A stretch of 64,000 nucleotides of DNA from Candidatus Multivoradales bacterium (GCA_965223325.1 CBDCWI010000002.1:928001-992000); one strand, 5' to 3'; numbered from the stretch's first letter, positions 36,441-46,972 are shown. Numbers and translations are program-made. Notes: generated from the sequence alone by a model not told the origin.

Positions 36441-38918
36441 TCACTCCGGACCGGAAAAGGCTTCGGGCTGGCTCCAGAAAGCAGTGAAAACGTCGTCGCC
36501 GTGGATGTAGAAAATCGCCTCGCCAGCCAGCACCGAGCGATCGTCGCCGAAGATCGGATATTGGCGGTCGGGAGAGGCGAGGTCGTACTCCTCGACGGTC
36601 ATCTCGCCCTGGTGAATGAGCGCGCCGCCCTGGACATCGACCTCGAAGAGCTCGAGCGCACTCTTTGACCACCCGTAGTGTGTCCAAGGCGCATCGTCCG
36701 ACGAAACGCCGCGCTCATGGATGCGCGCGCCGAGGGCGAACCGCGGTCGGCGCTCGTCGCTTCCTGGCAGGAAGGTGAACGCGCGGTGAGTCGAAAGCAC
36801 CGGCGTCTCACTCCCGCGCTTTCCGAGCACCAGCGCGTCGACCTCGGCCGGCCGCGCCGGATCGCGCACGTCGTAGAGCGATACCTTCACCCCCTGGTAC
36901 CAGGCGCCACGGAAGTCGCCGCGGGGGTCTGGAATCGCGTCTTTGCCGACCCCGACCAGGAAACCGCCTTCGATCGGATGCAGGTAGTCCGAGTAGCCGG
37001 TGATCTCGAGCTCGCCGGCTACGAACGGCTCTTCCGGATCGGAAAGATCGACGACGTAGAGCGGGTCGGTGATCAGGAACGTCACAAAGTACGCGCGATC
37101 ACCAACGAAGCGGGTGGCATACAACAGCTCGCCGGGCTTCCCGATGGGCTCGGGGTGAGCTGCGTTGGGGAGCCGTGAAATCTCCTCGAGCTCAGCGCTC
37201 CCGACATCGCGGAGCACTGTCAGGGCAACAGGGCTCTGGTCAGCGGTGAGCTCGTTGGTGTAGGTCACCACCCGTAGATCAGCACCCGACTCGCTCATGC
37301 GAAATGGCTTACGCTCGATGTTCCAGCCCAGGTGTCCGGAGACAACGCCTGAAGCCTGGTAGCGGATCGCACCACCCGCGAGCGCGAACTTGTGCACGTC
37401 GGTCTCGACGGTCGGCACACTGTAGTCGATGGCCGGGAATTCATCGGTTTCACCGGGCACCAGCCGGTAGTCGTAGCGGGTGCTGGCGAGGTACATGTTC
37501 TCGAGCGAGACATAGAGGGTCTCGGAGGCACCAACGAAACACACCGACGACGAGACCTCCATCGCGTCCAGGTCGATCGCCACCAGGCTGATGACGTCGG
37601 CGGAACGAATCGGTGAGTTCTCATTCGGCAGGTAGCAGTCGAACGGATTGACCAGTGAGCGTTCAGGGGACGAGCGATGGGCAGCGTCCACGCGACGGTA
37701 AGCCGGAGTCAGGTCGCTGAGGCTCGCGCTCTCGATGCGCGCGAGCTCAGCCGCCGCACCATGCGCTCCGGGCTCGAAGAACGCCAGGTCGGTGATGTGG
37801 GGGTGAAAACGCATCGCCAGGTAGAGAACACCACCGATGCGGCGACTCGAAACAATCTCGCCTTCGATCTCGAGTGACGCCTGCCGGGCAGGAGTACCGG
37901 GCGTCGAAACGTCGAGCGCAGTCACCGTTGATGAGCCACCCTGCCAAGCCAGCGGGCTGTACCAGAACCCATAGTCGAGGCCGTAGCCACTCGCCGTCAC
38001 CACCAGTTGATCGCTGTCCGCGCGAAGGTAGAGGCCCTTCGCCACCTGGCCCTCACGCATTGACACTTCATAGAGGCCGATCTCGCTGGCGCTCGCCGCC
38101 GCGGAATCGAGCGCAAGAACCCGGATCCAGTTGCCGGACCGGCTCTCCGGCGCGACGAGCCTTCGCGTCTGGTGGTTCTTCAACACAAACAGCGTCTCGC
38201 CGTCGCTCTTGATGCGGTCTGCTTCATCGACGCCTTCGACCTGGACATTGGTTTCGGACACCGGCACGCTCAGACCTCCGCCGCCCCCGCCGTCGCCAGG
38301 CACACCACTCGGACCACCGATCGTCGCCGGGCCGAATGCCCAGGGAGAAGGTTCGCCGTAGGTCACCTCGAGGCCGCGCTCGAGGTAGCGTTCTAGAACC
38401 GTCGCATTCGCGACCCGCACGAGGCGAAAGCGCGCCGCGCTGCTCCCTCCGTCGTCCTCACCTGCCTGCCATTGCCCATCGCGGCAAACCGCAGGGCTCG
38501 CTCCCGAGCCACCACCGGGCAAGCGCATAAAGACCGCCCCGCTGCAGGCCGGAGCCGTCGTTTCATCACAAACGTTCGGAGTGAACTCGCCGGCGCGCCA
38601 GATCTCTCCGTTGGCAAAGACATGCTCCGGGCATTCTGGATGGCGCGCCGTATCCGGATCGGCGACCACCCAGCGACCGGCCCGGCACACCGCGGTAGAG
38701 AAGCGCTGTTCGCCCCAGAAGTAGATGTCCTCGCAGAAAGACCCGGCGGAACAAACGTTGGCGCCCAACGTCGAACCGAAGTAGGCGCGTTCCCCGTCGA
38801 GGACTCCGCCGGTTGGGCAGGTCTGAGGCACCAGGGCTCCGGGAACGAAGACGTAGCTCGAGAAGGCAATCGTAAGAACAAAAGTCGCGGGCAGAGCGCG
38901 TTCTAGGAGGTTCTTCAT
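36441..38918 (-). CDS. Secreted beta-propeller domain protein with N-terminal Cys-rich repeats
   Basis: Motifs SETNVQVEGVDEADRIKSDG, YATRFVGDRAYFVTF..TDPLYVVDL and GYSDYLHP. Confidence 0.9.
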   Translation of the reverse strand: MKNLLERALPATFVLTIAFSSYVFVPGALVPQTCPTGGVLDGERAYFGSTLGANVCSAGSFCEDIYFWGEQRFSTAVCRAGRWVVADPDTARHPECPEHVFANGEIWRAGEFTPNVCDETTAPACSGAVFMRLPGGGSGASPAVCRDGQWQAGEDDGGSSAARFRLVRVANATVLERYLERGLEVTYGEPSPWAFGPATIGGPSGVPGDGGGGGGLSVPVSETNVQVEGVDEADRIKSDGETLFVLKNHQTRRLVAPESRSGNWIRVLALDSAAASASEIGLYEVSMREGQVAKGLYLRADSDQLVVTASGYGLDYGFWYSPLAWQGGSSTVTALDVSTPGTPARQASLEIEGEIVSSRRIGGVLYLAMRFHPHITDLAFFEPGAHGAAAELARIESASLSDLTPAYRRVDAAHRSSPERSLVNPFDCYLPNENSPIRSADVISLVAIDLDAMEVSSSVCFVGASETLYVSLENMYLASTRYDYRLVPGETDEFPAIDYSVPTVETDVHKFALAGGAIRYQASGVVSGHLGWNIERKPFRMSESGADLRVVTYTNELTADQSPVALTVLRDVGSAELEEISRLPNAAHPEPIGKPGELLYATRFVGDRAYFVTFLITDPLYVVDLSDPEEPFVAGELEITGYSDYLHPIEGGFLVGVGKDAIPDPRGDFRGAWYQGVKVSLYDVRDPARPAEVDALVLGKRGSETPVLSTHRAFTFLPGSDERRPRFALGARIHERGVSSDDAPWTHYGWSKSALELFEVDVQGGALIHQGEMTVEEYDLASPDRQYPIFGDDRSVLAGEAIFYIHGDDVFTAFWSQPEAFSGPE

Positions 38919-38922
38919 GGCG

Positions 38923-40389
38923 TTACCCACAAACCGCGAGGGCGTTCGTGTCCGTGACCGCCGGCGAAGCCTGGCCGAGAAGGTTCTGGTAGACAGCGCT
39001 CTTCCCGGTCGCAGTGTCCAGGACGGTGAGCGTGTACTCGACATCGGTGCTCGCCGAGGCAAACACCCAGTAGTGCGAGTTGATCGCACACCCATTGAGA
39101 ACTTTGACCAGCACCTCCCAGTTGTTCTCACCGAAGAAGGTAAAGATGGCCGAGCTGTTGTTGGTCGCCTGGCCGCTCGAAGCTACGAACGGCACTGGAG
39201 CCCCGAGACCACGACCTCCCTTACCATCGCGCCAGGCAACGCTCACTCGGAACCGTCCGTCGATCTCGTGCGCCAGCTGCTCTGCCTGGTGCAGGCGCGA
39301 GGACTGCGACCAGGTCGAGAAAGCTCCCTCGTCACTCGGCTCACTGCGCTGAGTGTGTACTCGATAGAGGCCCGTTTCGAGGCCCGCAACCGGCAAACGA
39401 TAGGTCACCGTCTCGGAAGGCCCGCAGGCAGCAGCGGTCTCCTCGAGCGCGAAACGAGCATAGACGTCGCGCCCATGGGCGAAGGCGACATGCGGCCGGA
39501 CCTCCCAACTCCGACAGGTTGCACCGGTAGAACGGTTGGGAACCTCTGCCTCGACGACCACCTGATGAACCTCACGCTCCGGATCGGCCTCGAGCCAGGA
39601 ACCAACCACCCGTGGCTCGCCGGCCGCGACCACGTGCACCGTATTGGCCGCGTAGACCTCGACCACCGAGGGCAGTGCCAGGTCGGGAACCTCCACCGTT
39701 ATCGCGTAGGCACCAGGCGGCAGCGCAGGAACAGGAACACGGAGCGCGAGCGTCACCGGGTCATCCGATTCGGGCAGACACATCGAGTCGGTCCGGCGCA
39801 GAGAAACCACCACCGACTTCTCTGAGGCACTGGCCTTGACCTCGTTCAGCCGCGGTACGCACGAGTTTCTCCACTGCCCTTCAACCAGCAGCTCGAAAGC
39901 TTCGCCCGCCATCGGTTGACCACTCTTCGCTCCGACCTCGCCAGGCGTGACATAGAACGACCCGGGATCTGAAAAACCGGCGAACTGAGGAGTGCCTCCC
40001 GCCACTGGCCAGTCGATGCCGTACTCCTCCACCGACCACTCCCCCACCCGCAACCGGCCCACGCGATGAGAAACGAGCTCGAGCGGAGACCCGCCTGGGG
40101 CAGCGTGGGAGGAGAGGACAATCCGCCGCCGGTCCGACAACAGCATGGGCACGGCGGGCAACTGATCTTCAGTACGAGCGCGCACCACCACCACCTCGGC
40201 AGCCGACGTCGGGTGCGACGGCGTGATCATCCCCTCAACGACAAGACCCGTCTGCGCCAGCGCCGGCTCGGCGACCAGCAGAGCCGCGAGAAGCGCCAGC
40301 AAGCGCAACCGTGTGGCAAGGCAGGCGCCCAATGGACGAAGTCGACAACAAACCGTCAGACGATGCAAGTGATGGAGCCAGGGCTTCAA
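38923..40389 (-). CDS. Secreted protein with repeated Ig-like modules and a conserved C-terminal domain
   Basis: Signal peptide ending ALA-Q; C-terminal GRFRVSVAW...FFGENNWEVLVKVLNGC...WVFASASTDVEY. Start uncertain. Confidence 0.75.
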   Translation of the reverse strand: MKPWLHHLHRLTVCCRLRPLGACLATRLRLLALLAALLVAEPALAQTGLVVEGMITPSHPTSAAEVVVVRARTEDQLPAVPMLLSDRRRIVLSSHAAPGGSPLELVSHRVGRLRVGEWSVEEYGIDWPVAGGTPQFAGFSDPGSFYVTPGEVGAKSGQPMAGEAFELLVEGQWRNSCVPRLNEVKASASEKSVVVSLRRTDSMCLPESDDPVTLALRVPVPALPPGAYAITVEVPDLALPSVVEVYAANTVHVVAAGEPRVVGSWLEADPEREVHQVVVEAEVPNRSTGATCRSWEVRPHVAFAHGRDVYARFALEETAAACGPSETVTYRLPVAGLETGLYRVHTQRSEPSDEGAFSTWSQSSRLHQAEQLAHEIDGRFRVSVAWRDGKGGRGLGAPVPFVASSGQATNNSSAIFTFFGENNWEVLVKVLNGCAINSHYWVFASASTDVEYTLTVLDTATGKSAVYQNLLGQASPAVTDTNALAVCG

Positions 40390-40520
40390 AGGTGATCCTC
40401 CCGGTGGTGAGCGACACGGTCTGTGCCCGGTACGAAGGTGAAGAAAATGTCATCATAGCATGATCTCGATGCCGAAACACCCTAGAAGAAATCCCTCTCC
40501 CGATGAGCCCATCGTCGCCC

Positions 40521-40553
40521 ACTATAAAACTTAGGGTGCTAAACTTTCATAGT
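40521..40553. promoter_or_regulatory. Imperfect palindrome overlapping the Fic start (candidate autoregulatory operator)
   Basis: ACTATAAAACTTAG-ggtg-CTAAACTTTCATAGT; a further half-site ACTATGAAACT at about 40571. Confidence 0.45.
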
Positions 40554-41769
40554 GAGGCGTTCATACGGTCACTATGAAACTTCCGTCGCTGCGGGTGAAA
40601 CGGTCCGAGCCTTCGTGCCCGGTACGCTTCCCCTGGATCCGCCCCTCGATCTGGGACCCCAACTCCTCGCCACCCAGCAGCGCGTCGAGCGTGCACTGCT
40701 GCGCCTCGATGAACGCTGTCGCTTGCTTCAGGACCCTCAGCTCCTCCTGTTCTTCCTCGTGCGCAAGGAAGCGGTTCTCTCCTCCCAGATCGAAGGCACG
40801 CAGTCCTCGCTCGAAGACCTGCTCCTGATCGATCGCCAGCCGGCGAATGAGTCTCAGCTACGCCTCCTCCCCCGCACTCCTGACGGCGAGCTACGCGCTG
40901 ACGCCACGGCCGTCGCCGGGTACGTCGCCGCAGTCGAACACGGAATAGAGCGTATTGCGGAGGGGTTCCCGCTCTCCAATCGTCTGCTGCGGGAAATGCA
41001 TGCGCGACTGCTCTCGCGTGAGTTCACACGACGGGGCGCGCACCAGGCACCCGGAGAGTTCCGGCGCTCACAGAACTGGATCGGCGGTTCACGCCCTCGT
41101 CTCGCTGCCTTCGTTCCGCCGCCGCCCCACCAAGTCGAAAACCTGATGACGAACCTCGAGCGCTACCTTCACACCCCTGGCATCCCGCCCATGGTTCGCG
41201 CCGGGGTCGCGCACGTTCAGTTCGAGACCATCCACCCCTTCCTCGACGGCAACGGCCGCATTGGACGCATGCTGATCGTCCTCTTGCTGCTCGACAACAA
41301 CCCGACGGGCGACGGTCTGCTCCACCTACCTCTCCTCTACCCTTCGCTCTTCTTCAAAGAAAGACGACGCGATTACTACGACCGTCTCGATCTCGTGCGG
41401 TCCGAGGGCGACTTTGAAGGATGGTTACGCTTCTTTTTCGAGGGCATCGCTACCGCAGCTGACGACACGGCAAGTACGATCGAACGCGCAGAAGCGCTTC
41501 GTCGCGAGCACCTCGAGTCCGTCGACTCCCTTGGCCGTGCCCGCCACAATGCACGGCGCCTGCTCGAATGGATGGCCCGTCAGCCGGTCGCCACCGCCGC
41601 CCAGGTCGCCGACGCCCTCGATGTCTCGCGTCCAACCGCCACAAAGGCACTCGAACGCCTCGTCGACCTCCGACACGTCGAGGAGATCACCGGGAAGAAA
41701 CGCGATCGAGTCTGGGCATACTCCTCATGGCTTCGGCTGCTGGCCGAAGACACAGACTCGCCTCTTTGA
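40552..41769 (+). CDS. Fic family protein with a C-terminal HTH
   Basis: Motifs HPFLDGNGRIGR, SSQIEG, PGEFRRSQNWIG and VSRPTATKAL. Confidence 0.95.
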   Translation: MRRSYGHYETSVAAGETVRAFVPGTLPLDPPLDLGPQLLATQQRVERALLRLDERCRLLQDPQLLLFFLVRKEAVLSSQIEGTQSSLEDLLLIDRQPANESQLRLLPRTPDGELRADATAVAGYVAAVEHGIERIAEGFPLSNRLLREMHARLLSREFTRRGAHQAPGEFRRSQNWIGGSRPRLAAFVPPPPHQVENLMTNLERYLHTPGIPPMVRAGVAHVQFETIHPFLDGNGRIGRMLIVLLLLDNNPTGDGLLHLPLLYPSLFFKERRRDYYDRLDLVRSEGDFEGWLRFFFEGIATAADDTASTIERAEALRREHLESVDSLGRARHNARRLLEWMARQPVATAAQVADALDVSRPTATKALERLVDLRHVEEITGKKRDRVWAYSSWLRLLAEDTDSPL

Positions 41770-42525
41770 GGCTCGGTGGAATGAGCTGTCGTTGTGGTCA
41801 TGCAGGCCACGACTCTCGAAAGACAGGTCCCCCGATCACTATCTGGGCTCCATCTCGGTTCTCCACGCTACGAAGTGCGCTGGGCCGACGATGTCGACCC
41901 CGTCTCCTACAAAGTCACCGCACTCGCAGTCGTCGCCCTTCTACGCCAGCGATGGCCACAGCGATCGATCCGGAGGAGCAGGCGGACGCGGCACCACCCG
42001 AGTTCCCGTTAGAGGTCGACGGGAAGCAGGGAGATGTCCTCCCTCACATCGAAGTGAAGTACTTCGCCTGCGACGACGCTCTCTCCACCAGCCAAGCGCT
42101 CGATCGCAACCCCAGGGCCCGACTCCGAGTCGCCCCGGCCGCCTGGGAGAGTTCTCTGTGTACGATCCGCCGCACTCTGGGAATAATTACATGGAACCCC
42201 GGTTCCTCCTCGAGCCTGCCCTTCCCCCGAAGAAACAGCGGCAGTAACCACGTTAGGCCAGCGACCCGCCGCCAATATCCCGCTCCGGCGGTCCACCTTT
42301 CACGCCAAAACCAACAAAGGCCGCCAACCAAGTCCTCCTTTCCGAACGCGGAGAGCTCCGCCGGTGTCCGGAAGAACGGTACCCGCATTGCGCTTCCGGG
42401 ACTCTCCGTGAATTGCCAGCGGTACAATAGGTGGAAATGGGCGGCGAGGTTCGCTGTTTTCGTTCCATTGAATAACACTGTTCGGCTACATGTCGCGAGC
42501 ACAGACTCTTCGGTAGAATCGGATG

Positions 42526-42741
42526 ATGAAGATCGTCAAAGGAACCGTCGTTGATGGCCGGGTCGAGGTTGTAGGCGAACGGCTCGAAGATGGGCAGTCG
42601 GTGACCGTCCTGGTCGGCCAAGGCGAGGAATCGTTCACGTTGCCCGCCCACCAGGTCGCCGAGCTGCAAGCCGCGCTCGACGAATCAGCTCGAGGCGAGG
42701 TCGTAGACGGCTGGGAGCTTCTCGAAGATCTGCGGGCCTGA
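42526..42741 (+). CDS. Putative antitoxin
   Basis: Short acidic protein directly upstream of a ParE-type toxin; beta-rich N-terminus (KGTVVDGRVEV) and acidic helix ending RGEVVDG. Confidence 0.75.
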   Translation: MKIVKGTVVDGRVEVVGERLEDGQSVTVLVGQGEESFTLPAHQVAELQAALDESARGEVVDGWELLEDLRA

Positions 42742-42744
42742 GTC

Positions 42745-43041
42745 TTGCGGCTGGTCGTCCTTCGGTCTGCCGAGACGCAGATCCGTGAGGCGAGTGAGTG
42801 GTGGTACGAGAATCGGAAAGGTGCCGATGGAGCCTTTCGCAGCGAACTGTCGCGGGCGTTCGGTCTCGTTCTCCGCTTCCCACGCTCGGGCGCGCTGGCC
42901 ACTCATGCCGAGCTCCCTGGTGTTCGCCGAATCCTCATGCCTCGAACGAGCTACTACCTCTACTACCACCTTGTTGATGAGCACACCGTCGAAGTCCTCG
43001 CTCTCTGGCACACGAGCCGCGGAGAAGAGGCTCCAGTGTGA
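42745..43041 (+). CDS. RelE/ParE family toxin
   Basis: Motifs AETQIREASEWW, FPRSG, GVRRILM, YYLYY and VLALWHTSR. Confidence 0.88.
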   Translation: MRLVVLRSAETQIREASEWWYENRKGADGAFRSELSRAFGLVLRFPRSGALATHAELPGVRRILMPRTSYYLYYHLVDEHTVEVLALWHTSRGEEAPV

Positions 43042-43046
43042 GGGCA

Positions 43047-43131
43047 GCCGAACAACTGGCTGCAGCAGACACGAACCCCGGGCTCGCTGCACTCGCTCGG
43101 GCTTCGCGCCAGTGATGCTCGTCCGTTAGCT
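43047..43131 (+). other. attC-like integron recombination site
   Basis: GCCGAAC (R'') 5 nt after the toxin stop, an imperfect hairpin, then GTTAGCT (R') 4 nt before the next ATG. GCCGAAC is the exact reverse complement of the upstream core GTTCGGC at 42480. Confidence 0.75.
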
Positions 43132-43135
43132 GACA

Positions 43136-43585
43136 ATGACCAGGATCTACCTCGCGCTTTGTCTCTTGTTGGCCGGAGTCAACACTGCAATTGCCGGTCC
43201 AGACTCCGCAACGCCTTGGTGCGAGTACTTCGATTCCGTCTGCGAGAGCCTCGGGCCTCTCGAGCAGGCATACATCGGCGCCTATGCACCGGGAGCGACG
43301 GATTCGCTACCGGCCGCCCATATGCGCCTTGCCGCGCTTGGGGCTGGTGAATTCCAGCACTGGGTAACCTGGCCCATCCATGGCCTACGGATCGAATCGC
43401 TCGAGGTTGAGCTCTTCGCTCGTGAGGCCGGATCGAGATCAGTGGAGAACCTCGTCGCTGACATGGCGTTGTCGGACTTTTTCGCTACCCCGGTGTTCTG
43501 TGCAAGTGCCCCGAGCATCATTCGGATCATCGTGCCTCAGATCGAGGTAGTGTCCAGAGAAGTGGTGTACGAGCCCTCAGGGTAG
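43136..43585 (+). CDS. Secreted hypothetical cassette protein, probably truncated by the IS256 insertion
   Basis: Signal peptide; starts immediately after the attC core; stop coincides with the apparent IS end. Confidence 0.6.
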   Translation: MTRIYLALCLLLAGVNTAIAGPDSATPWCEYFDSVCESLGPLEQAYIGAYAPGATDSLPAAHMRLAALGAGEFQHWVTWPIHGLRIESLEVELFAREAGSRSVENLVADMALSDFFATPVFCASAPSIIRIIVPQIEVVSREVVYEPSG

Positions 43586-44029
43586 TCGTCGTCGAACCTG
43601 TGGGTGTCAGATTCCACAGGCCGCGCGCCCGGACTTGAGGCTTGACGGCCACTGCGGGATCCTTGGTTTGAACAAAAACCAAACAACCAAGGAGGAATCC
43701 CAACAGTGACCAACAACAGCATGACCCTTCCCGAATCGATCCGCAACACCGTCGAGCAAGAGCCCGACCTTCTGCGTCAGGCGGTACAGCTCGTGGCCCA
43801 GCAGCTCATGAGCGCCGAGGCCGATTCGTTGTGCGGTGCCGCCTATGGCACGCGCACCGAGAAACGCATCAACCAAGGCAACGGCTACAGGACCCGAACC
43901 TGGGACACCCGAGTCGGCACGCTCGATCTCGCCATTCCCAAGCTGCGTCGCGGCAGCTACTTCCCCGAGTGGCTCCTTGAGCCTCGGCGGCGAGCTGAGC
44001 GCGCCCTGTTCTCCGTCATCGCTGAGAGC
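43584..44029 (+). mobile_element. IS256 family element, left end and N-terminal transposase fragment (ORF from 43706)
   Basis: Motifs MSAEADSLCGAAYG, NGYRTRTWDTRVGTLDLAIPKLRRGSYFPEWLLE; RBS AAGGAGG; cut off at the IS3 inverted repeat. Confidence 0.88.
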
Positions 44030-44584
<555 letters not shown>

Positions 44585-46867
44585 TCAGAACTCGAGGTCG
44601 ATGCCCAGGAGCAGAGTCCGGGGAAGCCCTGGACGCGCACCATAGGGCCGCCTCGCCACCACGTACTCTTCGCCGAGCAGGTTGCGCGCCTGCAGGTAGA
44701 GTCGCCCCTTGCTGCCCACCCGCCAACTGGTCGAAAGATCGGTGACCCAACGGCTGTCGATACTCTCCTCCGGTGCGATCGGTCCGTGCCCGGCCGTCGA
44801 CCTCGACTGGTCTTGAAATGCCACCGAAAGGTCGACGCCGAAGCGTGCTCCGTGTGCACCGGCGCGCAGCGCCAGTTGGTGCTCCGGGAGGTACGGCAAG
44901 GCATCGCCGCGCTCGACGAACGGTGCCCAATCGGCGAAGCCGGTCGAAAAGGAGGTGCGGAACTCCGCCCTGGTGAGGGTGTAGGAAAACGACAACGGGA
45001 CATCGAAGCGGCGACCCGCCGCCAGCCGTGTGCGGACCGAGGCCTCGACACCGCGCACGTCGACACCGCCGCCGTTCCACAGCTCACCCGTGGCTGCCCC
45101 ACCGCCGGAGACCGTTTCGATGCCCAGCAGATTGCTGAAGTCGTTCCAAAAGCCGATCACCGCGCTCGACCACCGCTGACCTTGCCAACGATGGCCAGCC
45201 TCGATGTTGAGGCTCTCTTCCGGCCGCGTCTGCTCGTCGCGGCCGGCACCCGGAGGCGAAAAACCTTTGTGCAGGCCGAGCACGAGGCGCTGCCTTTGGC
45301 CGATTGCCCAGGTCGCACCAAGGCCCGGGATCAAAACATCGACGCCGTTCGACCGGACCCGGGCCGGCCCGGAAAGGCGCTCGGGGTCCGAGCGCAAGAA
45401 GTCGAAGCGCTGGTAGTCGATGTTCTCGTAGCGCACTCCCGCGGTCAGTGTCAGCCGCGCGAAGCGCACCGTGTCCTGGACGTACAAAGAGAACGCATCG
45501 GCCTGTGAAAGGCGGTTCGCCTGGCTGCCCGGAGACCCCTTGTGTGACAGAACGAGACCCCCGCGACGCATCGTGTAGAAATCGTCGGCCTGCAGACGGT
45601 CCTCGGCATCCTGGTGAATGCGACCGCCAACTTCGAGACCATGCTCCACTCTGGCGTGCCCTGGGCCGTCGCCGCCGAGAGTAAGGCCAAGCGTGACTTC
45701 GGCACCTCGCGAGCTGTAGTCGCGAGCGTTGTGTCTGAGAGTGAGCGCAGCGCTTTCACTGTCGGCTTCGCCACGCAGGATCGCAAGCCACTCGGGATAC
45801 GCCGCGGGGTTCGCAAGCACGGCGGCGTTGGAGGTGCCTCCGATCTTCTCGTTCTTGAACCAGTCACGCGCAAAGCTGTTGTCGTAGCCCGTGGCCGTGA
45901 TATCGAAGCGTCCGCCAGCGAACGCGAACCAGCGCAACTGCACCTGCTCGTGGTCGGTGGTGATGGCGTCGAGCGCCGAAGCAGCGTAGCGTCTGAAGGG
46001 TGTTGCCCGGACATCGGCGTCGGTGAGTCCCAGGTAAGTCTCGTCGCCGCGCTGCAGCGTGTTGCCCAGCTTGAGCACCAGACTGTGCTGCAGAGGCGCC
46101 TCGGAGCTCGCCGAGTAGCGCAGCTTCCCGAGGTAGTCATGAAGCTTGAAGCCACTGTCGGGCCGGTGACCCGCCGCGTCCGGATCCACGGTCTTGAACC
46201 CGTCCGAAGAGTGCTGAAACGTCTCGAGCAGATAGCTCCAGCGCTCACCCGAACCACCGGCCATCGCGCGCAGCCGACCCGTTCCGTGACTACCCGCTGC
46301 GGCATCGATCGAGAAGCCGCGGCGTGGCGGAACCGGTGTCGAGATCAGGTTGATCACCCCACCGGTCGTGTAGGGCCCCTGACGCACCGACGCGGTGCCC
46401 TTTTGCACTTCGATCGCGTCCATGCGCCCGATGGTCGGAAAGTAGTAGGCCGCAGGCGCCGTGTAGGGAGCGGGCGCGATCAGCACCCCGTCTTCGAGCA
46501 GGGTGATCTTCTGGCTGCGTTCGACTCCGGTCCCGCGTAGCCCAATGTTGGGTCTGAGTCCGTAGCCGTCCTCGTCCTGAACGAGGATGCCCGGCACCTG
46601 TTGAAGCGCCCGATGAACATCCGTATGTCCCTGCCGACTCAGTTCAGCGCGATCCAGATAGTGCGCCGATCCGGGCGTATCGAGCGCCCGCTCGGCGCTA
46701 CCAATTACGGTCACGCGCTCACGTAGCTCGACTTCGGGTACCTTCGTGGGCGGCGTCTTCGCCCCAGATCCCTCGCTCCAGGCGGCGGGTCCGGCGAGCC
46801 AGAAGAGCACCAAGGCAACACCTGAAAGAACCCAACGGCCGGAGACCGTCGAAGAGCACTCAAACAT
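44585..46867 (-). CDS. TonB-dependent receptor (FecA-like)
   Basis: Motifs EDGYGLRPNIGLRG, ITLLEDGVLIAPAPY, GGVINL and RPYGARPG; terminal Phe. Confidence 0.93.
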   Translation of the reverse strand: MFECSSTVSGRWVLSGVALVLFWLAGPAAWSEGSGAKTPPTKVPEVELRERVTVIGSAERALDTPGSAHYLDRAELSRQGHTDVHRALQQVPGILVQDEDGYGLRPNIGLRGTGVERSQKITLLEDGVLIAPAPYTAPAAYYFPTIGRMDAIEVQKGTASVRQGPYTTGGVINLISTPVPPRRGFSIDAAAGSHGTGRLRAMAGGSGERWSYLLETFQHSSDGFKTVDPDAAGHRPDSGFKLHDYLGKLRYSASSEAPLQHSLVLKLGNTLQRGDETYLGLTDADVRATPFRRYAASALDAITTDHEQVQLRWFAFAGGRFDITATGYDNSFARDWFKNEKIGGTSNAAVLANPAAYPEWLAILRGEADSESAALTLRHNARDYSSRGAEVTLGLTLGGDGPGHARVEHGLEVGGRIHQDAEDRLQADDFYTMRRGGLVLSHKGSPGSQANRLSQADAFSLYVQDTVRFARLTLTAGVRYENIDYQRFDFLRSDPERLSGPARVRSNGVDVLIPGLGATWAIGQRQRLVLGLHKGFSPPGAGRDEQTRPEESLNIEAGHRWQGQRWSSAVIGFWNDFSNLLGIETVSGGGAATGELWNGGGVDVRGVEASVRTRLAAGRRFDVPLSFSYTLTRAEFRTSFSTGFADWAPFVERGDALPYLPEHQLALRAGAHGARFGVDLSVAFQDQSRSTAGHGPIAPEESIDSRWVTDLSTSWRVGSKGRLYLQARNLLGEEYVVARRPYGARPGLPRTLLLGIDLEF

Positions 46868-46914
46868 CAAGACTCCCTCAGGGAGGGCCCAGGAAGGCCC
46901 GAAAACGTTGAAAG

Positions 46915-46972
46915 TGGACCGCAGCGGTCCAGATTTTCGAAAATTGTGGACCCAGCTGGTCCGGATTGTCAA
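46915..46972 (-). promoter_or_regulatory. Sigma70-type promoter with two TGGAC-N7-GTCC(A/G) operators
   Basis: Minus-strand TTGACA (46972-46967), 18-bp spacer, CACAAT; palindromes at 46915-46931 and 46947-46963. Confidence 0.6.

Noticed and set aside
41770-42480. Possible intI integrase remnant or real ORF (41568-42554)
   Set aside because: No tyrosine recombinase motifs (HxLRHS, LLGH, TxIY) in the translated ORFs; the ORFs overlap Fic and look non-coding or decayed.
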